64,000 nt of DNA from Planctomycetota bacterium (GCA_027493625.1 JAOSKM010000003.1:599028-663027), one strand, 5' to 3'. Counted from the first letter of the stretch, positions 10,689 through 20,996 are shown. Notes: generated from the sequence alone by a model not told the origin. Numbers and translations: made by a program.

Positions 10689-11644
10689 GCCGGAAGATAG
10701 CGGCGCTGCGCGTACTTTGTGAACGCCGGGTGGCCAAGCGGTTTCAAGAAACGACCAAGGGCATGAAGGCCGAGCAGATCAGCCTCCACCTGCAATCGGT
10801 GTTGGCAGCGGCACTGGTGAATCCCGGCATTGTCGTAGCGGAGATCACTAAGGGAAGGGCGATGGCACTCCAAGTGGGAGGTGTGCGCGGAAGTACGAGG
10901 CCGGTACTGCTTGCGTTGCCATGCAACGGCCAAGAGGAGCGCGAGACTTTTCGGCGACTGGTGATGGCGCTGACCCACGAGGTGTCCGCGCTCGTTACGG
11001 GACCTGTGTTGCCGGATGCCTCAACGGTCGTGCGGGCGCTGATTGCGGAGTGGCTGAAAATCACCACGCTCGAATGGCGCGGCGACCAGTCCGACACCGC
11101 AGAACGCATACGCGGCTCCGTTCCAACGAAGAAGCGAAACGGTCGTTCGCCGAGACGGCGAAGCAAGCCTCGCACCAAGCGTTCCGCACGCACACGACGG
11201 AAAAAGCACATCGAGAAGAAAACCAAGTCGGATTTGGCATCACCACACCCGGACTTTCCAGACGTGAGTGCAAAGCCGATTGACTGGCGACCGGGCAGAC
11301 GAGGGCGACCCCCACGAGGAGCCGTAAGGCGCAGGGACGGAAGCTGGACGATTCCAAAGGGCTTTCGCGTGATCCAGGGAAAGGTGCATCCGCCTCTTAC
11401 GATCACCGGGAAGGCCGTGTCGCTACGGAAAACCTCACCGACATCAAGCCAGAAGGACCGGCACAATCCAGCCCAGCACGCAACCGAAGAGACGGGAAAG
11501 CCCGACACATTCACCTCTGAGGCCGAAGTTCCCCCACAACCGATCTCGGAAGAATCACCGGCCGAGGCACAAACAGAAAAACCTTCGTCATCGGATTCGG
11601 GGACGGAAACGAGTTCCGGCGAAGCCCGCGAAGAGCCCCCATAG
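10685..11644 (+). CDS. Basic hypothetical protein with AT-hook-like RRGRPP motif
   Basis: GGAGG RBS, ATGA coupling, Lys/Arg-rich middle, acidic tail. Confidence 0.6.
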   Translation: MSRKIAALRVLCERRVAKRFQETTKGMKAEQISLHLQSVLAAALVNPGIVVAEITKGRAMALQVGGVRGSTRPVLLALPCNGQEERETFRRLVMALTHEVSALVTGPVLPDASTVVRALIAEWLKITTLEWRGDQSDTAERIRGSVPTKKRNGRSPRRRSKPRTKRSARTRRKKHIEKKTKSDLASPHPDFPDVSAKPIDWRPGRRGRPPRGAVRRRDGSWTIPKGFRVIQGKVHPPLTITGKAVSLRKTSPTSSQKDRHNPAQHATEETGKPDTFTSEAEVPPQPISEESPAEAQTEKPSSSDSGTETSSGEAREEPP

Positions 11645-11832
11645 TGCTAGATCGTCACCGCACGGTGTACAGGTCTGCTGACGTTGGCAGAGGCGAGCAC
11701 TAGCTGGCGAGCGGCAGCTTCGTCATCCGTTTCCATCAATCGGTTCAGCCCTGTACAAGGTTGCGCCGAGCCGCAAACCTTGTACCCACTACTTGTACCT
11801 ATTGAGTTGGCTCGTGCACTTTCCGTACAAGC

Positions 11833-11865
11833 AAGCGGCCTCCAGATTGGCTCTGGAGGCCGCTT
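11833..11865 (-). terminator. Hairpin downstream of tRNA-Arg
   Basis: AAGCGGCCTCCAGA-ttggc-TCTGGAGGCCGCTT, a perfect 14-bp stem. Confidence 0.65.
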
Positions 11866-11871
11866 TTAGGC

Positions 11872-11947
11872 TGGTACACCCGGAAGGAGTCGAACCTTCA
11901 ACCTTCTGATCCGTAGTCAGATGCTCTATCCATTGAGCTACGGGTGC
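11872..11947 (-). tRNA. tRNA-Arg(ACG)
   Basis: Canonical cloverleaf, anticodon loop CTACGGA, encoded CCA. Confidence 0.97.
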
Positions 11948-12149
11948 GTTCGCGGCTGCCTGCGCGGCCGCAAGGGGCAAACGATTACCGCTGTTTGGGG
12001 CGCTTGTCAACTACCGGTCAACCCGGGATACCGCCCCTTGTCCCCGGCCTTACAGGCAACGAATCGCGGTTGCGGCCTGGCGCGGCGGGTCCGTTGACGT
12101 CGCGGCCCTTGCCGGAATAATGGTTGTCTGGATCTTTGCCGGAAACCCG

Positions 12150-13460
12150 ATGTCCGAACGCATCCTGATCGCCGACGACTCCCGTGAGCTCCGCACGGTG
12201 CTGTCCGCCCAGCTTCGCAAGCTGGGTTTCGACGTGCAGGTCGCGGTCGACGGCCAGGACGCGCTGGAGCGCGCCCGCAGCTTCAGGCCCACGCTGATCA
12301 TCATGGACATCATGATGCCGAAGCTCAGCGGCCTGAAGGCCACCAAGAAGATGCGCGACGACCCGGAGCTCGCCCACACGCCGATCATCCTGATGTCCCA
12401 GCTCGGCGAAGAGCAGGACGTGGTGGAAGGCATTGAGGCCGGCGCCGACGAATACCTGGTCAAGCCCTTCCGCCAGGCCGAGCTGGCGGCGCGTGTGCGC
12501 ATCCTGCTGCGCAAGGCTTCCGGTGCCCGGAAGAACCTGGACGAGACCACGGCCCAGGGCCTCGAGTCCGCCGAGGAAAACGATGCGGTACGGCGCTTCA
12601 AGGAAACCGGCCAGATCGTCAGCAAGGACTTCGCGGGCTTCACCATCATCGACAAGCTGGGCCAGGGCGGCTCGGCCACGGTCTACCGCGCCATGGAGCC
12701 GGTGAACCTCAAGCCCGTGGCGCTCAAGATCATCAGCCCCTTCGCCGCGGTCAAAGAGGGTTTCATCAAGCGCCTGGCGCGCAGCAACGAGATCGCCGTG
12801 CGGCTGATCCACCCGCACATCGTGCGCACCTACACCATGGGCGAGTACCAGGACGTGCATTTCATGGTACAGGAACTGGTGGAGGGCCAGGCCCTCGACA
12901 ACTACATCCATGAAGAAGGCGGCCGCCTGCCCGAGGCCAAGGCGCGCCGCTACATGCTGCACATGGCCGAGGCCATCCAGTACCTCGAGCAAAAGGGCCT
13001 GATCCACCGCGACATCAAGCCCGGCAACATTTACGTCAGCCAGGACGACGTCGCCAAGCTGGGCGATTTCGGGCTCTCACGCCAGCGCGACGACCTGGGC
13101 CAGACGGCCGAGGGCTACCTGCTCGGCACGCCGCATTACATCAGCCCGGAGCAGGCTAACGGCGACAAGCAGATCGACAGCCGCAGCGACCTTTACTCGC
13201 TGGGGGCGACCTTCTTCCACCTGCTCAGCGGCCAGCCGCTGTTCCCGGGCGACAACCTGCAGCAGGTGGTGCTCGCGCACCTGACCAAGACGCGCCCGCG
13301 CCTGGCCGACCTGGCGCCCGACACCAGCCCGGAATTCTGCACCATCATCGACAAGCTGGTGGAACGCGAACGGGAACAGCGCCACCAGAGCGCCGCGGCG
13401 CTGATCGAGGCGCTCAACGCCCTGCCGCCGCTGCGCAGCCTGAAGGGCCTCTCCACATAG
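12150..13460 (+). CDS. Receiver domain-Ser/Thr protein kinase fusion
   Basis: ILIADD...DIMMP...KPF receiver; LGQGGSATVY, HRDIKPGN, DFG, GTPHYISPE kinase motifs. Confidence 0.92.
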   Translation: MSERILIADDSRELRTVLSAQLRKLGFDVQVAVDGQDALERARSFRPTLIIMDIMMPKLSGLKATKKMRDDPELAHTPIILMSQLGEEQDVVEGIEAGADEYLVKPFRQAELAARVRILLRKASGARKNLDETTAQGLESAEENDAVRRFKETGQIVSKDFAGFTIIDKLGQGGSATVYRAMEPVNLKPVALKIISPFAAVKEGFIKRLARSNEIAVRLIHPHIVRTYTMGEYQDVHFMVQELVEGQALDNYIHEEGGRLPEAKARRYMLHMAEAIQYLEQKGLIHRDIKPGNIYVSQDDVAKLGDFGLSRQRDDLGQTAEGYLLGTPHYISPEQANGDKQIDSRSDLYSLGATFFHLLSGQPLFPGDNLQQVVLAHLTKTRPRLADLAPDTSPEFCTIIDKLVEREREQRHQSAAALIEALNALPPLRSLKGLST

Positions 13461-13665
13461 CAGCCCGGCGCCCACTGTGCCAACCGGGCGCGCTCGCTCG
13501 ATGAAAATCACCTCACGGTCCGAAACGTCGTGCGGGGGCAGCCGGCACACTTCACCTTGCCCGGGATCGTCCCCTCTTCTTCAAACGCGCTCGGGAAACG
13601 TGACCCGTCACGGGTATACTGTTGCAGCGGCCACCATCACGGTCGCGCGGATCGACAGGTTCAAC

Positions 13666-14322
13666 ATGAAACCAGCCCGCACACTGCGGATCGCCACACT
13701 GGCGCTGTTGCTGCTGGCCGTGAGCGCCTGCCCGGAAGACGTGAAGCAGGAGGAGCGCAAGGCCACCCAGGACCTGCTGCTCGACCAGTTCGACGCCACG
13801 AGCTTCCCGACCTCGACCTGGACCATCACCGGCACCGGCACGCTGGTGCAGGACCTTGCCGTCGGCGCGCCCGCGCCGGCCATGCGCCTGGACAGCACCG
13901 GCACACCGGCCGGGCTGATTTCCGCGCCCCTGGAAGCCGGCGCCCACTTCCGAGTCAGTATCGCCATCGACCCCGCGCCCGGCAGCGGCGCCAGCGCCAG
14001 CTTCGTGCTGCGCAACGCGTCGGGCGGCGCGGTGGTGGCCTCGGTCACCGTAGAAGAAGGGCAGATCACGTACGTGATGGGCGCGGCCGCGCCGGTGGTG
14101 AAGACCTGGACCACCGACGGCGCATTCCATGTGTTCGAGTTCGAGGGCAGCAACTCCAGCGTATCCGGCGGCCACTGGTGGAAGCGCGACGGCAGCCTCG
14201 AGGCCAGCCACCTGCAGCCCACGGGCGCCAGCTATATGACCATGGGCCTGGAAGGCACATCTTCAGGTAACGCCTGGTTCGACCATGCCTGGGTATTCCG
14301 ATACCTGGCCTACCCGCACTGA
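13666..14322 (+). CDS. Putative lipoprotein, beta-sandwich
   Basis: LLAVSAC lipobox; host-like codon usage. Confidence 0.75.
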   Translation: MKPARTLRIATLALLLLAVSACPEDVKQEERKATQDLLLDQFDATSFPTSTWTITGTGTLVQDLAVGAPAPAMRLDSTGTPAGLISAPLEAGAHFRVSIAIDPAPGSGASASFVLRNASGGAVVASVTVEEGQITYVMGAAAPVVKTWTTDGAFHVFEFEGSNSSVSGGHWWKRDGSLEASHLQPTGASYMTMGLEGTSSGNAWFDHAWVFRYLAYPH

Positions 14323-14360
14323 TAACCGCGCCGAGTTTCAGGCGGCGGAGTGCAGTCAGG

Positions 14361-14487
14361 GGCCACGAAAACACGAAATCACAAAAGGTAAGGCCACAAA
14401 AGTCTCGCTGCGATACTGACGGCCGTCGTGCGATGACGTTCAGCGTTTCGTGCGCTTTACTTTCGTGCTTTTGTGCTTTTGTGGCCC
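14361..14487. repeat. Inverted-repeat element (ggccacgaaaacacgaaa ... ttttgtgcttttgtggcc), same family as the module in 16891-18760
   Basis: Arms with about 8-nt periodicity in inverted orientation. Confidence 0.7.
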
Positions 14488-14542
14488 AGGCCGCAGTAAT
14501 CCCAGCCCTTCCATGCGGCCGGGGCTTCGGCAAACTGCGCCC

Positions 14543-15503
14543 ATGCGAATCTTCCTGACCGGCGCGGCCGGCTTTATCGGCTCTCACCTGGCCCGGGCCC
14601 TGCTGGCCCGCGGCGACAGCGTGGTGGGCTTTGACGACTTCAACGACTTCTATGACCCCGCCATCAAGCGCCGCAACGTGGAAGATACCCGCAAGCTCGG
14701 CGGCGAGTTTCACGTGATCGAGGGCGACCTGCGTGACGCCGAAGACGTCAACGCCGCGCTCGGCGAGGTGGACGTGGTGGTCAACCTGGCGGCCCGCGCG
14801 GGCGTGCGCCCGTCGCTGGAGCAGCCGGTGCTGTACACGGACACCAACGTGCGCGGCCTGGTGCACATCCTGGAAGCCATGCGCGTGCGCGGCCTCAAAA
14901 AGCTGGTGCACGCCAGCTCCAGCAGCGTCTACGGCGGCCAGGAGAAAGTGCCCTTCAGCGAGGACGACCCCATCAACCTGCCCTGGTCGCCCTACGCCGC
15001 CACTAAGCGCAGCAACGAGCTGATGCTCGCCACCTGGCACCACCTGTACGGCATCGAAAGCCACGCGCTGCGCTTCTTCACCGTGTTCGGCCCGGGCCAG
15101 CGGCCGGACCTGGCGATTGCCAAGTTCATCAGCCTGATCGAGCAGGACAAGCCGATCCCCTTTTTTCGGCGATGGCACCACGGGGCGGGACTACACCTTC
15201 ATCGACGACATCGTGCAGGGCGTGGTCGCCAGTATTGACCGTGTCAGCGGCTGCGAGATCATCAACCTAGGCGGCGACGAGCCGGTGACGCTGACGCAGA
15301 TGGTGGAAACCATTGAGCAGGTGATGGGCAAGAAGGCCAAGCTCGACCGCAAGCCGGTGCAGCCCGGCGACGTGCCGCGCACCATGGCCGACGTAAGCAA
15401 GGCCCGCAGGATGCTGGGTTATGAGCCGAAGACCAGCTTTGCGGAAGGTGTTGCGAAGCAATATGAGTGGTGGAAGCAATTCAAAATTCAAAATGCAAAA
15501 TGA
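14543..15503 (+). CDS. NAD-dependent epimerase (UDP-glucuronate 4-epimerase-like), frameshifted at about 15161-15166
   Basis: TGAAGFIG, LAARAGVRPS, YAATK, RPDLA; FGDG..RDYTFIDD is restored by removing one base from the CCCCTTTTTT run. Confidence 0.9.
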
Positions 15504-15560
15504 AAAAATGGTCACAGCGGGGCAGTGCCATTTTGAATTTTGAATTTGTCATTTTGAATT
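15478..15560. repeat. AT-rich 7-nt-periodic inverted repeat (tcaaaat)n ... (attttga)n
   Basis: Seen directly; overlaps the epimerase stop. Confidence 0.8.
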
Positions 15561-15573
15561 GATTGGAGTCCGC

Positions 15574-16833
15574 ATGCGAACCACGGTTTGCGTGATCCTG
15601 CTGCTTCTGTTTGCTGTTGAGCCTTTGGCTCGGGCTGACGAAAAGCCCAAGGATACGGCCGTTGCGGTCAAGGCTTTTGAGTCCGAGCACTACCGCCTTT
15701 ACACCAACGTGGACGCCGCGACATCCGAGGAATACTCGCGGGTGATTGAGACCGCGTGGCCGCTGCTGGAAGAATTCTTCGGCGCGGCGCCGAAACTCAA
15801 GAAGGGCGAGAAGCTGGACGTCTACTTCCTCGCCAGCCAGGAGGACTGGCAGGCGCAGATGAAGGGCGACGGGGTCGGCATACCGATGGGTGCCGGCGGC
15901 TATTACTGGCCGGGCAACAAGACCGTCTACCTTTGGAAGCAGCCCACGCTGTACACCTCGCGCCAGTTGCTGCTGCACGAGTGCATGCACCAGTTCCATT
16001 ACCTGGCCTGCTGCGACAACAAGGGGCCGAAGGATGTCTGGTACATCGAGGGCGTCGTCGAGCACCTGTCGCGCCACTACTGGGACGGCGAAAAGCTGAC
16101 CCTCGGCGTGGTGCCGTTCTGCAGCCTGGAAGACTACCCGCGCCTCGCGCTCGAGCTGTACCAGCGCGACGACTACGACCTCGCCGCGCTGATCAGCGGC
16201 GAGCGCGCATCCGCCCGCCCCGAGCAATGGGCCCTGGTGCGCTACCTGCTGCAGCAGGGCGATGCCAAGCAGCTCAAGGCCCTGCGCAAGAAGCTGGACG
16301 GCGGGCAGGAAGGCCGCAACGTGTTCAAGAAGCACTTCGGCGACCCCAAGAAACTGCAGCCCAAAATCCACGAGTGGCTCAAGACCCAGCAGGAGCCCTT
16401 TGTGCCGGTCTGGAACGAATGGCAGGGCCAGGGCGCAAACGCGGTGCTGGGCACGGCCGCGGTCACCAGCGCCTGCCGTGCGCGGGAAGACGCGACCGAA
16501 TTGTCGGCCACGCTGCACGTGCCGGAGGGCGCCTGGAAAGGCGGCCTGCTGGTGGGCTTCAGCGATGCCGACAACTACACCGTGGCGCTGCTGAACAGCG
16601 AGGGCGGCTTCAGCATCAACCAGCGCGCGAACGGAACGTGGAACGTGCTCAAGCGCGGCGACGCGCCGCCGGCCGTGGAGGGCAAGTACCGCCTGAAGGC
16701 CGTGCGCAAGGAAGGCAGCATCAGCATCGGCGCAAACGACGTTGAGCTGGGCAGCTTCGAGCTGAAGGGCGCCAAGCTGGGCGTCTGCCTCGAGAACTGC
16801 TCGCTGCGCTTCACGGACATCACCTGGAAGTAG
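15574..16833 (+). CDS. Secreted zinc metallopeptidase-like protein (DUF1570/gluzincin-like) with C-terminal beta domain
   Basis: Signal peptide; LLHECMHQF and WYIEGVVE motifs. Confidence 0.8.
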   Translation: MRTTVCVILLLLFAVEPLARADEKPKDTAVAVKAFESEHYRLYTNVDAATSEEYSRVIETAWPLLEEFFGAAPKLKKGEKLDVYFLASQEDWQAQMKGDGVGIPMGAGGYYWPGNKTVYLWKQPTLYTSRQLLLHECMHQFHYLACCDNKGPKDVWYIEGVVEHLSRHYWDGEKLTLGVVPFCSLEDYPRLALELYQRDDYDLAALISGERASARPEQWALVRYLLQQGDAKQLKALRKKLDGGQEGRNVFKKHFGDPKKLQPKIHEWLKTQQEPFVPVWNEWQGQGANAVLGTAAVTSACRAREDATELSATLHVPEGAWKGGLLVGFSDADNYTVALLNSEGGFSINQRANGTWNVLKRGDAPPAVEGKYRLKAVRKEGSISIGANDVELGSFELKGAKLGVCLENCSLRFTDITWK

Positions 16834-16890
16834 CTGGCGCTGCAGCAGTCACAAGTTCTGCCTCCTGCAGAATGGTCCGAAACACAACCT

Positions 16891-17400
16891 CGAAGAACGG
16901 CAACTGCATGCTCACGTGGAGGCGCCAAGGCGCCAAGAACTGCAGTGCTTCTCTTGGCGCCTTGGCGGCTTGGCGTGAGGCCGCTGTGCTTTGGTTTTAG
17001 GGGCCACAAAAGCACGAAAACACAAAAGGTACTGCGCACAAAAGCAGCAGCCTTTTCGTGGCGGTTCCTTTGGTGTTTTCGTGTTTTCGTGGCCTGCTGC
17101 AGTTTCCACGAATCGGTCTGAACCGCGAAGTACCGCCAAGCACCGCCAAGCACCGCGAAGAACGGCAACTGCATGCTCACGCGGAGGCGCCAAGGCGCCA
17201 AGAACTGCAGTGCTTCTCTTGGCGCCTTGGCGGCTTGGCGTGAGTCTGCTGTGTTTCGGTTTTGTGGGCCATAAAAGCACCAAAACACAAAAGGTACTGC
17301 GCACAAAAACAGCGGAGCTTTCGTGGCGGTTCCTTTGGTGCTTTGGTGTTTTCGTGGCCTCCTGCAGTTGCTACGAAACGGCGTGAACCGCGTCGTTCGA
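16891..17400. repeat. Two tandem ~265-bp composite repeat units (starting 16891 and 17156)
   Basis: Near-identical units, each with (cgccaagg)n and (cacgaaaa)n inverted-repeat modules; joined by a (caccgccaag)n tract. Confidence 0.92.
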
Positions 17401-17436
17401 TGCCTACTACTATGTGAGGACTTGGTTGCCGGCGGA

Positions 17437-18207
17437 CTATAGAGTGATTCCCAGCTTCACCGTGAACCAGCTCCCGCCGCCGTTCTCGAATGCGAACCAG
17501 GTCCAGCCGATGTAGACAAACACCGGCGACAGGGGGCGGCCAAGCCTGATGCCCGCGCTGATCTCGGGCTCCGCGAACACCCCAGGGTCGAAGTTGAGGT
17601 TCAAGGCGCCATCCAGGCGGAACTCGACCACACCGACCCCGAAGAACGCCCAGTGTTGCAGCCGCAGGGCGGCGCGGTGGTCCAAGCCTCCTTCACTATG
17701 TGCGAACTGCGTCCCCTCGCCATAGTGGAACCCCAGAGCCAGTCCGGTGCCTCCACTGAACAGTGTCGAGCGCTGCAGCGGGAAGCCGCCGCTGCGTGAC
17801 AGCGACACCTTCCATTCACCCGGTTCGTCTCCGAAGTAATCGACGCCAAAAGAATAACCGCTTGTAATCCAGGCGCGCATCGGGTTGGGACTGACGCCGA
17901 AGCCGCGTTCCCAACCCGCATCGAAAGTCAATTGATGCGGCGCAAGAAGTTTCTGGTTGAAGCTCAACATCGGACCGAACACACGATCCACACCCACCCG
18001 GAACTGCACCTCCGCGCCGTACCAGCCTGAAGAGTCAAAGTCGGAGCGAAACTGCCCTGCGGCATCCAGCAGGAACGGCAACCGCCACGGCGGTGCGATC
18101 TCTGTAGGTGGCGCAGGTGGCTGCGGTGCAGGGGGTACGGGCGGCTGGCCAGCGCATGCTGCGGATAGAAGAACCGAGACAATCAGGATGGCCAGGCGCG
18201 GAAGCAT
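17437..18207 (-). CDS. Hypothetical lipoprotein/outer-membrane beta-barrel-like protein
   Basis: SAAC lipobox, Pro linker, alternating beta strands ending KLGITL. Confidence 0.7.
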   Translation of the reverse strand: MLPRLAILIVSVLLSAACAGQPPVPPAPQPPAPPTEIAPPWRLPFLLDAAGQFRSDFDSSGWYGAEVQFRVGVDRVFGPMLSFNQKLLAPHQLTFDAGWERGFGVSPNPMRAWITSGYSFGVDYFGDEPGEWKVSLSRSGGFPLQRSTLFSGGTGLALGFHYGEGTQFAHSEGGLDHRAALRLQHWAFFGVGVVEFRLDGALNLNFDPGVFAEPEISAGIRLGRPLSPVFVYIGWTWFAFENGGGSWFTVKLGITL

Positions 18208-18308
18208 CCTCAGGACCTTCGCAGATCGCGGATCAGCGAGGAGTCTAGCAAGACGGAAGCATCATGCTCAACACCAATGACACGGAGCTTGGCTGCCTCG
18301 AGCTGAAG

Positions 18309-18870
18309 GGCGCTAAGAACTGCAGAGTTGTTCTTGGCGGCTTGGCGTGAGTCTGCTGTGCTTCAGTGTTAGGGGCCACAAAAACACGAAAACACAAAAG
18401 GTACTGCGCACAAAACAGCGGGGCTTTCGTGGCGCTTCCTTTGGTGCTTCCGTGTTTTCGTGGCCTGCTGCAGTTGCCACGAAACGGTTTGAACCGCGAA
18501 GTACCGCCAAGCACCGCGAAGAACGGCAACTGCGTGCTCACGCGGAGGCGCAAAGGCGCCAAGAACTGCAGTGCTTCTCTTGGCGCCTTGGCGTGAGGCC
18601 GCTGTGTTTCGGTTTTATGGGCCATAAAAGCACGAAAACACAGAAGGTACTGCGCACAAAACAGCGAGGCTTTCGTGGCGCTTCCTTTGGTGCTTCCGCG
18701 TTTTCGTGGCCTGCAGCAGTTGCCACGAAACGGCGTGAACCTCGTGGTTCGGAAACTGCATGCCTCGTTTCACCGATAGCACCTGGAAGCGGCGCGGTGC
18801 TGGAAACCACGGGTGAACACAGATAAACACGGGCGTGTGGTTCCGTGTCCTTCCGTGTCCCTTGGTGGCT
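18309..18870. repeat. Third (partial) and fourth copies of the composite repeat, plus a 10-nt-periodic IR (aacacagata/aacacgg ... ccgtgtcctt)
   Basis: Aligns by eye with 16891-17400. Confidence 0.9.
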
Positions 18871-18878
18871 CACTTTCA

Positions 18879-20777
18879 ATGAAGCTGATCGTCGAAATCT
18901 CGCAGGGCCTGGGCAACTGCGTGCAGGGCACGCCGCTGCTGCACGCGCTGTGGCTGATGGGTCACGAGGTTGACCTCTACATCAACAGCCCGATCGCCGA
19001 CAAGCTCAAGCCCCTGTGGGAGAAGTGGGAAATCCTCGGCCGTATCTTCACGCACCACGAGCAGCTCAACATCAAGGACTACGACTTCGGCGTCAGCGCC
19101 TACGGGCGCCGCCAGCTGGTGCGCATGCTCCCTCCCGGCCTGTGCCTGAAGGTCGAGAAGCGCCACGTGCAGCGCCAGAGTGAAACAGAAGCCAACGTCG
19201 AGCTCGCCCGCTGGCTCGGTTATTCCGGGCCCACGCCGCGCTCGCATGTGATCGGTCATGACCCGAACCTGGAACGCCCGCCCGAGCACCGCCACAAGCG
19301 CACCGCGCCGACCGGCGCCGTGGTGGTGCACGCCGGCTGCGACCCCAGCAATGCAGTGAAGCGCTGGCCCTTCTGGCCGGAGATCTGCCGGCGCATCGCG
19401 GACACCGGGCGCGACGTGATCATCGTCGGCACCCACGACGACCGCAGCGAAGAGAACTGGGAAGATGAGTTCGTCTCGCGCTTCCACATGGAACTGCCCG
19501 AGCTGGCGGCGCTGCTTGACGTGTCAAGCTTATACCTGGGCAATGACTCCGGCGTGGGGCACGTGGCGGCCGCCGTCGGCCTGCCGGGCCTGATGCTGTA
19601 CGGCCCCAGCAACCCGGTGAAGAACGCGCCGAACTCAAGCGTGATGCGCACGCTGGTCGCGCCCGGCGAGCAAGGCGAAGAGCGCGACGTGAAGGCCGCC
19701 CGCCCGGTGCCGATCGAGCGCCTGACCGTGGACCAGGTATGGAGCGAGGTCGAGAAGCTTCTCGCCAACCCGCAGCGCGAGCCGGAGCGCGAGCTGCCGC
19801 AGCGCGTGCAGGACTCGCCCGAGGCGCGCTGGGAGCACTACGTGCACATGACCCAGGCGCAGCCGGAGGTGCCCGGCGTTGAAGAACGGGGACAGTCCCC
19901 TGCGGGGACAGTCCCCAAGGTCAGTGTGGTGATCCCCAGCTACAACCGCGCGGACAACCTGGAGCGCGCCGTGAAATCGGCCTTGGCGCAGACCATGACC
20001 GATCTCGAGGTGCTGGTCGTGGACGACGGCAGCACGGACGACACGCCCACGCGCTTCGCCAGCCCGCCGGCGCGCGTGCGCTACATCCGCAAGCCCAACG
20101 GTGGCGCCAGCAGCGCCCGCAACGCCGGCTTGCGCCGCGCGCGCGGCGAATGGATCGCGCTGCTGGACTCCGACGACGAGTGGATGCCCGAAAAACTTGC
20201 CGTGCAGCTCGTGGCCATCGGCGAGCAGTACGTCGCGGCCGCCTCGCGCCACGTGCACGTCAACGCCGACGGCTCGCGCGAGACCAAGCCGGAAATCCTG
20301 CCCGGCCGTGACAACCACCTGTTCCGCGACCTGTACGAGAATCTGTCATTGAAGACCAGCAGCCTGCTGTTCAAACGCCACCTGCTGGAGAAAATGGGCC
20401 TGTTCAACGAGCGCTTTCCCATTTCAAACGACTGGGACTTTTTCCTGAGGCTGGCCCGCGCGGTCAGCAACTCCGGCATGCGCATGGTTGAGCAGGCCCT
20501 GCTGACCGTGCACCGCAGCCCGGACAGCATCAGCAAGGTCGGGCGCGAACGCGCGCTGGAAGAGGCCTACAGCCGCATCTGCATGGTGAACGCCCTGCTG
20601 CACAACCACGACGAGCAGGCCATCCGCATGCACGTCAACCGTGCCGCCCGCAAGCACCTGGAGCTCTCGCGCGCCTACCGCAAGGCCGGCGACAAACACC
20701 AGGCCAAGCACCACGCGAAAGAAGCCATCCGCGCCGGCCTGATGTTGAAGGGCATCTGGCGCTGGCTGCAGGCGTGA
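18879..20777 (+). CDS. GT9 (heptosyltransferase-like) and GT2 glycosyltransferase fusion
   Basis: GLGN, KRWP, LGNDSGVGHVAAAVG (GT9); VSVVIPSYNR, VVDDGSTD, LLDSDD (GT2). Confidence 0.9.
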   Translation: MKLIVEISQGLGNCVQGTPLLHALWLMGHEVDLYINSPIADKLKPLWEKWEILGRIFTHHEQLNIKDYDFGVSAYGRRQLVRMLPPGLCLKVEKRHVQRQSETEANVELARWLGYSGPTPRSHVIGHDPNLERPPEHRHKRTAPTGAVVVHAGCDPSNAVKRWPFWPEICRRIADTGRDVIIVGTHDDRSEENWEDEFVSRFHMELPELAALLDVSSLYLGNDSGVGHVAAAVGLPGLMLYGPSNPVKNAPNSSVMRTLVAPGEQGEERDVKAARPVPIERLTVDQVWSEVEKLLANPQREPERELPQRVQDSPEARWEHYVHMTQAQPEVPGVEERGQSPAGTVPKVSVVIPSYNRADNLERAVKSALAQTMTDLEVLVVDDGSTDDTPTRFASPPARVRYIRKPNGGASSARNAGLRRARGEWIALLDSDDEWMPEKLAVQLVAIGEQYVAAASRHVHVNADGSRETKPEILPGRDNHLFRDLYENLSLKTSSLLFKRHLLEKMGLFNERFPISNDWDFFLRLARAVSNSGMRMVEQALLTVHRSPDSISKVGRERALEEAYSRICMVNALLHNHDEQAIRMHVNRAARKHLELSRAYRKAGDKHQAKHHAKEAIRAGLMLKGIWRWLQA

Positions 20778-20996
20778 CGGATCGCGGGCGCCCGCCCGCA
20801 AAAACCCGGGCTGCAAAGCCCCGGGGATCAGGCGCGGGTGGGTCGGATTTCCATCTCGATCATCAGAGGGAATGTTCTCCGCTTTGGTGTGAGCCTTTAC
20901 AGGTGGTTCCCGGTCATGCCCGATCCCCGGCCGTTGCCGGCCGGGCTTTGGCGCAGGGGGCTACACGCCTGCGTGGTTTGAACGTACATTCCCGGC

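Larger units (their letters stand above)
1..11870. mobile_element. Genomic island abutting the 3' end of tRNA-Arg(ACG); left boundary outside the window
   Basis: Visibly lower GC and different codon usage than genes beyond 12 kb; R-M and orphan content; ends at a tRNA 3' end; no integrase in the window. Confidence 0.65.

Noticed and set aside
18249..18317. DGR template/variable repeat pair
   Set aside because: Differences are not confined to adenines and no reverse transcriptase is present
16891..18760. CRISPR array
   Set aside because: Units are ~265 bp near-identical blocks with no unique spacers, and no cas genes are present
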